Positions 1-7,938 of a stretch of DNA of 24,000 nt are shown in pieces (position 1 is the stretch's first letter; every line of letters begins with the position of its first letter). Under the pieces are notes generated by a model, which saw only the letters and a list, made by a program, of their open reading frames with translations, searched no databases and was not told where the DNA came from. The translations under genes and the position numbers were made by a program. This stretch comes from Paenibacillaceae bacterium (GTDB lineage: Bacteria; Bacillota; Bacilli; Paenibacillales; JAWLCZ01), in the NCBI GenBank assembly GCA_041686835.1, contig JAWLCZ010000040.1, positions 1 to 24,000 of the forward strand, written 5' to 3'.

Positions 1-467
1 TCCATTTGCCGGAAGATCATTTCCACTCCTTCGGAAAAAGAGTCGAAATCTTTATTGTCCCTGCTGGCGGAAATCGCCCGTTCGAAATTGTCCATGACGG
101 GCAGCAGCCGCTCAAGCAGCTTCATGGAAGCGTATTTGGCAAACTCCTCTTTTTCCTGGCGCGTGCGGCGGCGGAAGTTTTCGAAGTCGGCTTGAACCCT
201 GAGATATCGCTGGTAATGTTCGTCCGCCTGCTTGCGCAGTTGTTCCAGCTGATCCTCCGGGCCGGCAGCGGCGGTATCCTGCTCCTCTCCGCTTTCATCG
301 TTTCCGGTCGGCTGTTCCGTACTGCTGTCCGCCGTTTGTTCGCCGTTTTCAGGATATGTAGCCTCTTCGTTCTCCGCCGCGGACGGTTGTTCGGTTTGCT
401 GCTCTTGTTCCTCGTTTGCCTCGTTTACCGCTTTGGATTCGACCGCTTCCTTGTCCGTGTGGTCCAT
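1..467 (-). CDS. grpE: Nucleotide exchange factor GrpE (partial; C-terminus lies beyond the left edge)
   Basis: Absent from the ORF track because it runs off the window. Reverse translation from ATG (467..465) gives MDHTDKEAVESK...EDQLEQLRKQADEHYQRYLRVQADFENFRRRTRQEKEEFAKYASMKLLERLLPVMDNFERAI..., which carries the GrpE LRxxADFxNxRRR signature after an acidic low-complexity N-terminus. RBS AAGGAGGTGA (473..482) lies 5 nt upstream. It occupies the canonical position downstream of hrcA. Confidence 0.9.
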   Translation of the reverse strand, partial: MDHTDKEAVESKAVNEANEEQEQQTEQPSAAENEEATYPENGEQTADSSTEQPTGNDESGEEQDTAAAGPEDQLEQLRKQADEHYQRYLRVQADFENFRRRTRQEKEEFAKYASMKLLERLLPVMDNFERAISASRDNKDFDSFSEGVEMIFRQM

Positions 468-589
468 TCCTGTCACCTCCTTAATATTTGCAAACCGTTC
501 TCCTTGTTTCGATAGGAATATGCAGGCCGGTGAAAATGCGTGTTAACAGTTTTCCCAGCAGATCAGCATCATAAGCATCCACCGGAACG

Positions 590-2125
590 TTAAGCGTCAT
601 CCGGCTTCATCTTAATGACGCTGTGAATGCGCAGCACCGCGCAGGCCACTTCGCCGGCCGCTTGAAGCGCGTGCGCTTTGACGATGGCCGGATCCGCGAT
701 TCCGTTCCGCAAGCAATCGGTCAATGCCCCGGTGTCGCAGTCGATGCCGATGGCGTCGGAACCTTCGGCAATTTGCGCCGCCCGGACTTCCTCGACCTTT
801 TCCAGCGGATTGAAGCCCGCGTTCACGACGATTTGCGCTAGCGGTTTGCGCAGCGCTTGAGCGACCGCGGCAATGCCGAACCCTTCCATTCCTTTCACGG
901 TTTCCCTGTACCGTTCCAGTTCATGGGCAACGGCGATTTCCACAGCGCCGCCGCCGGGCAAATAACCGCCGCGAACCGCCGCCTGCACGGCCGCAGCCGC
1001 ATCTTTGGCGATTCGGGCCCGTTCTCCGACAACCTCTGCCGTCGCCGCTCCGACGACCACCGTAACGACCGGTTTCCCGCTGCCGCCGGCAAGGCGCACC
1101 CGTTCCAGCTTCGGATCGTAGTACACTTCCTCTGCGCGGCCGAGACAGGACGCGAGTTCCTCGGCGGATTTGTTCAGAGCCATTCGTTTGAGCGGCCTCG
1201 CGCCGGTAAATTCGCAAATGCTTTGCACATCCCGGCGCAGCGCCCTCCGGATGAGCATAATTCCGTGATCGGCGCAAAACTGCTCCGCTTCCGGGGCGGC
1301 TCCCCGCTCAACGACAATAAGCCCTACTCCGATGGAAACGAGCTTTTCCAACTGGGCTTTAAACTGTTGTTTCAATCCGATATATTGAGCGAACCCGGCC
1401 TCGGTCGCCAGCGCTTCCTCATCGAGCGTTTCCGGCTCCAGCGCGTCCTGAACGACAAGAACGGCCGTTCCGCGCGCAGCCGTTTCCGCGTGCGCTTCAA
1501 GCGGCTTGCCGCCGATGAAAATGCCGGGCCACACTTCGTTTGCCGCTTTTTCATGAGCGAAAACCGTATCGGCGAAACGAAACTCGTCATCGAGCAAATG
1601 CCGGGTGCCGAGCCTTTCCGCCGCAGTGATGACTAATTCCGCGATATCGCGCTGCTCCCGACCGGCAATAAGGGCAATCCGCCGCAGCATCGGGTCGTCC
1701 AGCCCCTCAATCGGGCGGGCGCGCGACGTAAGTCCGGCGATGGCGCGTTCGATGCCGTCCCGGATGCCGTGAACGATTTTCGCCGCCGGCACGCCGCGGG
1801 TGACGTGCGCCGCCCCTTCGCTTACCAGGGCGCCGGCAAGCACCGTCGCCGTTGTCGTGCCGTCCCCCACGCGGCTTTGCTGGGAGCGGGCGACCTGGAT
1901 CAGCAGCCGGGCGGCGGGATGCGACACGTCCATTTTATCCAGAATGGTCACTCCGTCGTTCGTGATGATGACGTCCCCTCGCGCTCCGACGAGCATGGCG
2001 TCAAGGCCTTTCGGCCCGAGCGTGCCTTCCACGGCCGAACATACCGCGCGTATCGCGGCGGCGTTGTTGAGCAGCGTCGAGTAGCGTTCTTCCCCTTCCA
2101 TATTCCCTTGCTTCGTTTGGCTCAT
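590..2125 (-). CDS. Thermosome-like chaperonin (Cpn60/TCP-1 family, archaeal-type group II/III), 511 aa
   Basis: ORF-track protein MSQTKQGNMEGEERYSTLLNNAAAIRAVCSAVEGTLGPKGLDAMLV...ITNDGVTILDKMDVSHPAARLLIQVARSQQSRVGDGTTTATVLAGAL...LPGGGAVEIAVA. The motifs GPKG(L/M)D, ITNDG(A/V)TIL, HPAA and GDGTTT fit thermosome/CCT-type rather than GroEL-type chaperonins; xGGGAxE is the shared chaperonin ATP-site motif. ATG at 2125 and TAA at 590. The gene lies 51 nt downstream of the hrcA stop and 122 nt upstream of the grpE start. Confidence 0.9.
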   Translation of the reverse strand: MSQTKQGNMEGEERYSTLLNNAAAIRAVCSAVEGTLGPKGLDAMLVGARGDVIITNDGVTILDKMDVSHPAARLLIQVARSQQSRVGDGTTTATVLAGALVSEGAAHVTRGVPAAKIVHGIRDGIERAIAGLTSRARPIEGLDDPMLRRIALIAGREQRDIAELVITAAERLGTRHLLDDEFRFADTVFAHEKAANEVWPGIFIGGKPLEAHAETAARGTAVLVVQDALEPETLDEEALATEAGFAQYIGLKQQFKAQLEKLVSIGVGLIVVERGAAPEAEQFCADHGIMLIRRALRRDVQSICEFTGARPLKRMALNKSAEELASCLGRAEEVYYDPKLERVRLAGGSGKPVVTVVVGAATAEVVGERARIAKDAAAAVQAAVRGGYLPGGGAVEIAVAHELERYRETVKGMEGFGIAAVAQALRKPLAQIVVNAGFNPLEKVEEVRAAQIAEGSDAIGIDCDTGALTDCLRNGIADPAIVKAHALQAAGEVACAVLRIHSVIKMKPDDA

Positions 2126-2176
2126 GAAATGGCTAATCCTCTCCGTTATGAGTTGAGATAAAACGAGACCCGCCGC

Positions 2177-3202
2177 TTACTTGTACCAGCGCGCGAACAT
2201 AACGGCCAAATCTTTGGACAAATGATCGAGCAGGCTGATCACTTTGCCGTATTCCATCCGGGTCGGTCCGAGAATGCCGATCGTTCCGAGCGACTGGCCT
2301 TCAATCGAATAGGTCGCGGTAATCAGGCTGCAGTTGCTAATCGCATCCACACTGTTCTCCGTGCCGATTTTGACCTGGATGCCTTCGGGCATGGAACTGA
2401 ACAGCCGCATCAGCGTATGCGTTTCGTCAAACAGATCGAGGATGGATTTCACTTTCTCCACATCCCTGAATTCCGGCTGGATCAGCATATTGGACGTACC
2501 GCTCAGGAAAATGCGGTTATCGTCGTCGTTTTCGAACACGGATTCGATCATGCGGATCAATTCTTCATATCTGGACACATATTTGCTCAGTTCCGATCCG
2601 ATTTCGTTGTACAGCTTCGATCTCAGTTGGAAAAGCGGTACGCCGACCAGCTTCGCGTTCAGGATCGACACCACTTTCTCGATTTCCGAAATCGGGATGC
2701 CTTCGGGAATCGTCACCACTTTGTTTTCCACGTGTCCGGTGTTCGTCACGATGATCGCTACGGCGGATTCATCGTTCAAAGGGACGAGCTGCATATGCTT
2801 CAGCGTAGCGCTGAACACTTCGGGACCGAGCACGATCGACGTATAGTTGGTCAAATTGGACAAAATCGTCGCCGCTTGCTGAATGACCTGCTCGGTTTCC
2901 TGAATTTTCTCGGCAAAGAAAGACTTGAGCACTTCCAGCTCATGTCTGGACAAATCTTCCAATTTGATGAGATGATCGACATAATACCTGTAGCCTTTAT
3001 GAGAAGGAATGCGGCCGGCAGACGTATGCGGCTGCTCCAAAAAACCCATCTCCTCCAGATCGGACATCTCGTTGCGGATCGTTGCCGGGCTGAACCCGAT
3101 GTCTCCGCGCTTCGATATCGTTCTGGAACCTACAGGCTCGGCTGAACGGATATAGTCGTCAACGATAATGCTCAATATCATTTTCTGGCGTTGCGTAAGC
3201 AT
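2177..3202 (-). CDS. hrcA: Heat-inducible transcription repressor HrcA (341 aa)
   Basis: MLTQRQKMILSIIVDDYIRSAEPVGSRTISKR... is a typical HrcA N-terminal winged-helix domain. The track ORF (to 3349) has a 49-aa extension; I trimmed it to ATG 3202, which is preceded by CCGGAGGATAATT (GGAGG RBS). A CIRCE operator lies upstream. Confidence 0.95.
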   Translation of the reverse strand: MLTQRQKMILSIIVDDYIRSAEPVGSRTISKRGDIGFSPATIRNEMSDLEEMGFLEQPHTSAGRIPSHKGYRYYVDHLIKLEDLSRHELEVLKSFFAEKIQETEQVIQQAATILSNLTNYTSIVLGPEVFSATLKHMQLVPLNDESAVAIIVTNTGHVENKVVTIPEGIPISEIEKVVSILNAKLVGVPLFQLRSKLYNEIGSELSKYVSRYEELIRMIESVFENDDDNRIFLSGTSNMLIQPEFRDVEKVKSILDLFDETHTLMRLFSSMPEGIQVKIGTENSVDAISNCSLITATYSIEGQSLGTIGILGPTRMEYGKVISLLDHLSKDLAVMFARWYK

Positions 3203-3358
3203 AATTATCCTCCGGAAAGGCATGAAGCCGCGAAGGCGCAGCTTATGCCGAACATCGAGTTTTACGGACGGGGCTTTGCTCCGTCCGGCACAAATCCCGC
3301 CGCAAAGACGGGACTTTACCCGGATCGGGCTTCCGGGACAAAAATCCATCGAAAGTGA

Positions 3359-3385
3359 TTAGCACTCGGATTAAATGAGTGCTAA
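3359..3385 (-). promoter_or_regulatory. CIRCE operator (HrcA binding site), perfect consensus
   Basis: TTAGCACTC (3359-3367), a 9-nt spacer GGATTAAAT, then GAGTGCTAA (3377-3385). This matches the TTAGCACTC-N9-GAGTGCTAA consensus exactly and lies immediately downstream of the candidate promoter. Confidence 0.95.
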
Positions 3386-3396
3386 CCATCAATACA

Positions 3397-3426
3397 AAAA
3401 TATCAGACCGGAACGCTTGTTGTCAA
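3397..3426 (-). promoter_or_regulatory. Candidate sigmaA promoter of the hrcA-chaperonin-grpE operon
   Basis: On the minus strand: TTGACA (3426..3421), an 18-nt spacer, then TGaTATTTT (extended -10; hexamer 3402..3397). The predicted TSS falls at the edge of CIRCE, the usual arrangement for CIRCE-controlled operons. Confidence 0.5.
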
Positions 3427-3427
3427 G

Positions 3428-3898
3428 TCAATCCAGTCTTTTCAACACGGCAATTTCGTCGCAGCAGTGCTGCTTTTTGCAGTGAATGCAGTCGATCCAC
3501 ACCTTTTCGGGGAATATTTCCTTGGGAACGACGGTAAATCCGTTTTTCTGGAAGAAAGCGACCTCATAGGTGAGCGCCATCACTTTCGGAACGCCCATTT
3601 CTTTGGCTTCTTCCACCAAAAAGTCGACAAGCTTCCGCCCGATCCCGGCCCCTTTGTATTGTTCCGTCACGCCAAGGGAACGGATTTCCACCAAATCCTG
3701 CCCGAGCCGGCACAGCGAACCGCAGCCGACAACGACGCCTTCCACCTCGGCCACGACGAAGCTTCCGATTTGCGCCGAGAGCGCCTCCCGCGTTCTCGGC
3801 AGCATAATGCCTTTTTCCGCATAGTGTTGAATAATCGCAAACAAAGAATCGACGTCGGACGCCGCCGCTTTTCTGCAAGTGGCCGTCACTGTGCCCAT
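3428..3898 (-). CDS. GNAT-family N-acetyltransferase (156 aa)
   Basis: MGTVTATCRKAAASDVDSLFAIIQHYAEKG...LGVTEQYKGAGIGRKLVDFLVEEAK contains the GNAT motif A (Q/RxxGxG/A). The track ORF was trimmed to ATG 3898 (M24), which follows a GGGTGGGA RBS. Confidence 0.85.
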   Translation of the reverse strand: MGTVTATCRKAAASDVDSLFAIIQHYAEKGIMLPRTREALSAQIGSFVVAEVEGVVVGCGSLCRLGQDLVEIRSLGVTEQYKGAGIGRKLVDFLVEEAKEMGVPKVMALTYEVAFFQKNGFTVVPKEIFPEKVWIDCIHCKKQHCCDEIAVLKRLD

Positions 3899-4046
3899 AT
3901 CGCATCCCACCCAGGTCAAACTAGAAACATATGAATAAATATACATCATTGCGTATATGGAGCACAAGAGTTTTTTGCCCTTTCGGAACCGTTCCGGTCG
4001 GGTTTATTTCAGGCAGGCCAGACAATGCCCCGGCAGGCTCGGCAGG

Positions 4047-5195
4047 TTATAAAATAAATTCGGCGAAAACTTCGTTTCCGAGCAAAATGCCGCGTTCCGT
4101 CAAACGATACCCTTCCGGCGTCGATTCGAGCAAACCGCGGCCGAGCAAACGGCCGATCTCCCGCCCGAACACGTCGTCGACAGCGCAGCCGAACTGCGCA
4201 AAAAAGTCTTGCCGGCGAACCCCGCGCAGCATGCGCAAACCGACCATCATAAAATCTTCCATCGCTTCTTTCCGGCTTACCTCGCACGACTCCATTCTCG
4301 GCAGCCCTTTCTTCGCCGCGTCGATGTACGGCTGAACCCCCTTGACGTTTACGTGCCTGACGCCGTGCGCGTAGCCGTGCGCCCCCGCGCCGATACCGTA
4401 GTAGCTCTCGTTGCGCCAATACGTCATATTGTGTCTGCTCTCGTATCCCGGCTTCGCAAAATTGCTGATCTCGTACTGCTCGTATCCCGCTTCCTTAAGC
4501 CTTCTCATAATGAGCAAATACATCTGCAGCTCCTCCTCCTCGTCGGGAAGCGGAAGCTGGTTTTTCCGGTACAGCGTATGAAACAGCGTATTTTCCTCCA
4601 CTTTCAGGCTGTAAATCGAATAATGCTCCAGACCGAGCGCGAGCGCGGCCGTCAGGCTGTCGTCCATCATGCCGACCGTTTGTTTCGGCAGACCGAACAT
4701 CAAATCGATGGAAAGGTTGGTAAAGCCGGTTTTCCGCGCATTTTCGATGCTGCGGTACACGTCGTCCGTCGTATGGATGCGGCCGATTCGCTCCAGCAGC
4801 CCGTTATCGAACGACTGTACGCCGAAGCTGATGCGGTTTACTCCGCCGGCTTTCATCACGGCCAGTTTTTCTTCATCCGTCGTGCCCGGGTTCGCTTCCA
4901 TCGTAAACTCGGCCGTGTCGCCGAACGGGAAATAGTTTCTCACGGCACGCAAAAAATAGTCCATCTGCTCGGGCATCAGCACGGTCGGAGTTCCGCCGCC
5001 GACGAAAATCGTCTCGATCCGTTCCGGAGGAATGAGCCGCACCGTCCGCTCCATTTCCCGTTCCAAAGCCTGCAAATATTCCATGACCGGCTGCCCGTTG
5101 ACGATATAGGAATTAAAATCGCAATAATGGCACTTGTTCGTGCAGAACGGTATATGAATGTAAACCGCCTTGGGCGCCGCCGTCAGTTGAATCAT
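4047..5195 (-). CDS. hemW: Radical SAM heme chaperone HemW (HemN-like, oxygen-independent coproporphyrinogen oxidase family)
   Basis: MIQLTAAPKAVYIHIPFCTNKCHYCDFNSY contains the CxxxCxxC radical-SAM cluster motif, and FVGGGTPT is also present. Trimmed to ATG 5195 (GGGAG RBS upstream). Its position in the lepA-hemN-hrcA backbone matches Bacillus. Confidence 0.9.
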   Translation of the reverse strand: MIQLTAAPKAVYIHIPFCTNKCHYCDFNSYIVNGQPVMEYLQALEREMERTVRLIPPERIETIFVGGGTPTVLMPEQMDYFLRAVRNYFPFGDTAEFTMEANPGTTDEEKLAVMKAGGVNRISFGVQSFDNGLLERIGRIHTTDDVYRSIENARKTGFTNLSIDLMFGLPKQTVGMMDDSLTAALALGLEHYSIYSLKVEENTLFHTLYRKNQLPLPDEEEELQMYLLIMRRLKEAGYEQYEISNFAKPGYESRHNMTYWRNESYYGIGAGAHGYAHGVRHVNVKGVQPYIDAAKKGLPRMESCEVSRKEAMEDFMMVGLRMLRGVRRQDFFAQFGCAVDDVFGREIGRLLGRGLLESTPEGYRLTERGILLGNEVFAEFIL

Positions 5196-5274
5196 CGTTC
5201 GTTCACTCCCGCTGGGTCGTTTATATGACATCGTATCACAAAAACGGGAGGAAGGCTAAGCAGGGAAAATTTGC

Positions 5275-6182
5275 CTACTCGTCCGCCAGCCACCGCCTGA
5301 TAGAGGCAAGGAGCCGCTTCTCGGCTTCCGCATCGCCGCTTTTCCGGCAAAAACCGATGAAGTCCGCGGCGAAAATAACGGAATACACGTTCACTATGTT
5401 TCTCTCCCGCTCCGACAAGCCGAAACAGCGGCACAGCTCATCAATGTAAAACAGCGCATTCTCGTTCACGTCACAAACGACGGCGGTTTGCGTCAGCGCA
5501 ATCATATATAAAGGATCGCCGTAACATACGCAGTCGAAATCGATGATCCCCTCCAGCTTGCCGTTTCGGATGATGACGTTTTTCGTCGTCACGTCGTCGA
5601 GGAAACAGACCGGTTCGATCCGGTCAAAATACGGCTGCAGCTGCGAAAGCTTCCGATCCAAACGCCCGATGTCTTCTGCGGTCAGGCTGCCCTGCGCGTT
5701 GGCGACGCTGTTTTTCCTGTTTTCGGCCACCAGGTCTCCCCACGTCCGATACGGGCCGGGTTCATCGTTGATCGGCACCCAACCGTATCCGGCGCCTTTC
5801 GGCAATTCGGCTACCTTGCGTTGAAACGCCGCAATTTGTTCGGCTACGGCCGTCATCTGCTCCCGGGTCATGCTGCCGAGCTCGTAGCCCAGATCGCGGC
5901 CGGGAATTTTTTCAAGCATCATGTAGTCAAAAGGAACCCGCCGTCTGCTCAAGTCGGAAAAAATGACGCGGGGAACGGGAAGCCCGAGCTCCGCCAATAT
6001 GGATATATTTTTAACCGTCGCTTCATGACGTGCGGATTCTCGTTCGCCCGCACGATGATCTCTTTGTCCGGCAGAACGACATTATAGACGGTATTCGCGT
6101 GTCCGTAAGTCATCCTCTCCATGTGAAGAGGCTTTTCCCCCATAATTTCAACGACCCGTTGTTCGATTTGTTCCACGTTCAT
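5275..6182 (-). pseudogene. APH/choline-kinase-family phosphotransferase, split by a frameshift
   Basis: Two overlapping minus-strand ORFs in different frames (5949..6194 and 5275..5997) together resemble one ~300-aa phosphotransferase. The N-terminal part is MNVEQIEQRVVEIMGEKPLHMERMTYGHANTVYNVVLPDKEIIVRANENPHV. The C-terminal part is ATVKNISILAELGLPVPRVI...VCFLDDVTTKNVIIRNGKLEGIIDFDCVCYGDP, which includes the Brenner-type and DFD motifs. Sensible sequence switches frame at about 6021-6031. Confidence 0.7.
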
Positions 6183-6308
6183 TCCGGCGTCCACTCTCCT
6201 TCGTATTGTACAATCATTATAGCGCCGATTCGCAAACGCGTAATAACTCCGGCGTCGGAACTTTTATTTATAGCCGTTTTTTCCGAAGCGGGCCGCGACG
6301 GCAGTGGG

Positions 6309-7265
6309 TTACGGACGGGGAAAATGTTTCCGCAGCCAGTCCGCGATCAACGCGATCAATCTTGAATCTATCGGCTGATCGAGGAGCGATTTGTACTCTT
6401 TTTTCAGCCCCAGCATCGTATGCGGTTTGGCGAATTTCCGCAAAATATGGTTCATCTGCGGGATGATGTGCCATTCCGCTTCGCCGTTTACCGCTTCGGC
6501 TATCACTTTGGCATGCTCCGGCTCCACTTGGATGTCGTTCGAACCGGTTACGGCTAACGTCGGGCACGTTACGCGGCGAAGATGCTCGAAGACGTCATAA
6601 TCGAAATATTCGCGGAACCATTTGGCGTTAACTTTCGCGCCTTTAATGCGGACCGTGTCCGTTGTCGTTCGCCGTATTTTTTCAAATACTTCGTCCGTTT
6701 GCTTTTTCGCCTTGTTCGGGATGTTTAACAGACGAACGAGAAAACCTTTGAAACCGGTTGACGCTTCGAGTTCCCGAATCGCCATTTCCCCTTGTCTGCG
6801 CAAAATCTCATCCATCGGACCCGCCGCTCCCGAAAGCAGGATAAGCCCCTGCACCGGGCGCCTGGAATGAACCGCCGGAGCGATGAAGCATCCTTCACTG
6901 TGTCCGAGGATGATGATGCGGCCGGCGTCGACTTCGGGACGGGATTGCAAAAACCGTACGCACGCTTCCGCGTCGTCGACCAAATCCCATAATCCGGTTT
7001 TGTAATAATCCCCGCCGCTTGCGTGCGTTCCTCTTTTGTCGTAGCGCAGCGTAACGAATCCGAGTTCGCTGATGCGGTGCGCCAATTGTTTGTAAAGGTT
7101 CATGTTCAGCCCGCCGCCGTTGCCGTCGCGGTCGCTCTTTCCCGTTCCGGGAACGATGAGCACGGCTGGGAACGGTTCCGCCTGCGCCGCCGGAACGGCG
7201 AGCGTTCCCGCAAGCGGATAAACGCTCTCGATCGTCACATGGATTTCTTTGAAACGTTCGTTCAT
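6309..7265 (-). CDS. Alpha/beta-fold hydrolase (318 aa)
   Basis: Nucleophile elbow GHSEG within ...RIIILGHSEGCFIAPAV. ATG at 7265. It starts 7 nt downstream of the regulator's stop codon, so co-transcription is likely. Confidence 0.85.
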   Translation of the reverse strand: MNERFKEIHVTIESVYPLAGTLAVPAAQAEPFPAVLIVPGTGKSDRDGNGGGLNMNLYKQLAHRISELGFVTLRYDKRGTHASGGDYYKTGLWDLVDDAEACVRFLQSRPEVDAGRIIILGHSEGCFIAPAVHSRRPVQGLILLSGAAGPMDEILRRQGEMAIRELEASTGFKGFLVRLLNIPNKAKKQTDEVFEKIRRTTTDTVRIKGAKVNAKWFREYFDYDVFEHLRRVTCPTLAVTGSNDIQVEPEHAKVIAEAVNGEAEWHIIPQMNHILRKFAKPHTMLGLKKEYKSLLDQPIDSRLIALIADWLRKHFPRP

Positions 7266-7271
7266 ATTCCT

Positions 7272-7823
7272 CTACCCCTTGTCCGGTTTACGATTTGCTT
7301 CCGGAACGATAATCGTGGCAATCGTTCGGCGCCTCCTGCCGGGAGCCGGACGGTTGGCCATCGCTTTTTGAAAAAGGGCCGCGAGCGATTGGATGAATTC
7401 AGAGAACTCCTCGTCATCGAGATACAAGACGGCCTGCCGGTAACCGCCTCCGTCCCTGGCAAGATCGATGCGATCCTGCTCCAAATAGGTTCCATATTCC
7501 CCCATCATCGTTGCCAAAAACGTCATAAAATAGCGCATATGATCTTCCCGGGTCGCCTGGCGCAAATCTTCCTCCGTCACGTTATCCGCTTGTTCCGCCA
7601 ACGCGTATACTCTTTCCACCGTTCCCCGTATTTGCTTTTGATCCACGACGGAGAGGAGTCCCGCCGCGGTCAATTTATTCAGATGCCTGTACATTGTCGC
7701 CTGAGGGACATCCGGCAGCAGTTCGGCCATTTGCTGAACGGTAAGACGCCTGCCCCCGGCCATCGTTTGAATGATGCGAATGCGAACCGGATGCAATATC
7801 AAATCGGCTTTGCTCAGTTTCAC
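7272..7823 (-). CDS. ArsR-like winged-helix transcriptional regulator (183 aa)
   Basis: N-terminus ...ILHPVRIRIIQTMAGGRRLTVQQMAELLPDVPQATMYRHLNKLTAAGLL is an ArsR/SmtB-type HTH. GTG start at 7823 with an AAGGGGA RBS. Confidence 0.8.
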   Translation of the reverse strand: MKLSKADLILHPVRIRIIQTMAGGRRLTVQQMAELLPDVPQATMYRHLNKLTAAGLLSVVDQKQIRGTVERVYALAEQADNVTEEDLRQATREDHMRYFMTFLATMMGEYGTYLEQDRIDLARDGGGYRQAVLYLDDEEFSEFIQSLAALFQKAMANRPAPGRRRRTIATIIVPEANRKPDKG

Positions 7824-7838
7824 CCTGTCTTCCCCTTT

Positions 7839-7887
7839 TATTATTATTTTATATAATGATAATAATATAAAAATCGATAATACTCAA
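7839..7887 (-). promoter_or_regulatory. AT-rich candidate promoter with overlapping inverted repeat (possible autoregulatory operator)
   Basis: On the minus strand: TTGAGT (7887..7882), a 17-nt spacer, then TATTAT (7864..7859). A 9-bp inverted repeat TATTATTAT (7839-7847) / ATAATAATA (7859-7867), with arms separated by 11 nt, overlaps the -10 box. The patch is strongly AT-rich within GC-rich DNA. Confidence 0.35.
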
Positions 7888-7891
7888 TCGC

Positions 7892-7932
7892 AAAAAACGC
7901 CCCGCCGATGTGCCCGCACGGGCGCGGGGCGT
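7892..7932 (-). terminator. Rho-independent terminator after lepA
   Basis: On the minus strand: ACGCCCCGC...GCGGGGCGT (arms 7924-7932 and 7897-7905, GC-rich, with inner GCCCG/CGGGC pairing) followed by TTTTTTG. Confidence 0.8.
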
Positions 7933-7938
7933 CATTCC

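Noticed and set aside
3203-3349. A 49-aa N-terminal extension of hrcA in the ORF track. Similar extensions appear on spoIIP (11598..11780), the GNAT gene (3899..3967), hemW (5196..5231), the Hsp20-like gene (20384..20545), gerPC (19826..19897), rpsT (14109..14132) and others.
   Set aside because: The extensions lack an RBS. They run through regulatory DNA, such as the structured leader downstream of CIRCE, or through the upstream gene. The internal starts are preceded by well-spaced GGAGG-type RBSs and give N-termini typical of each family.
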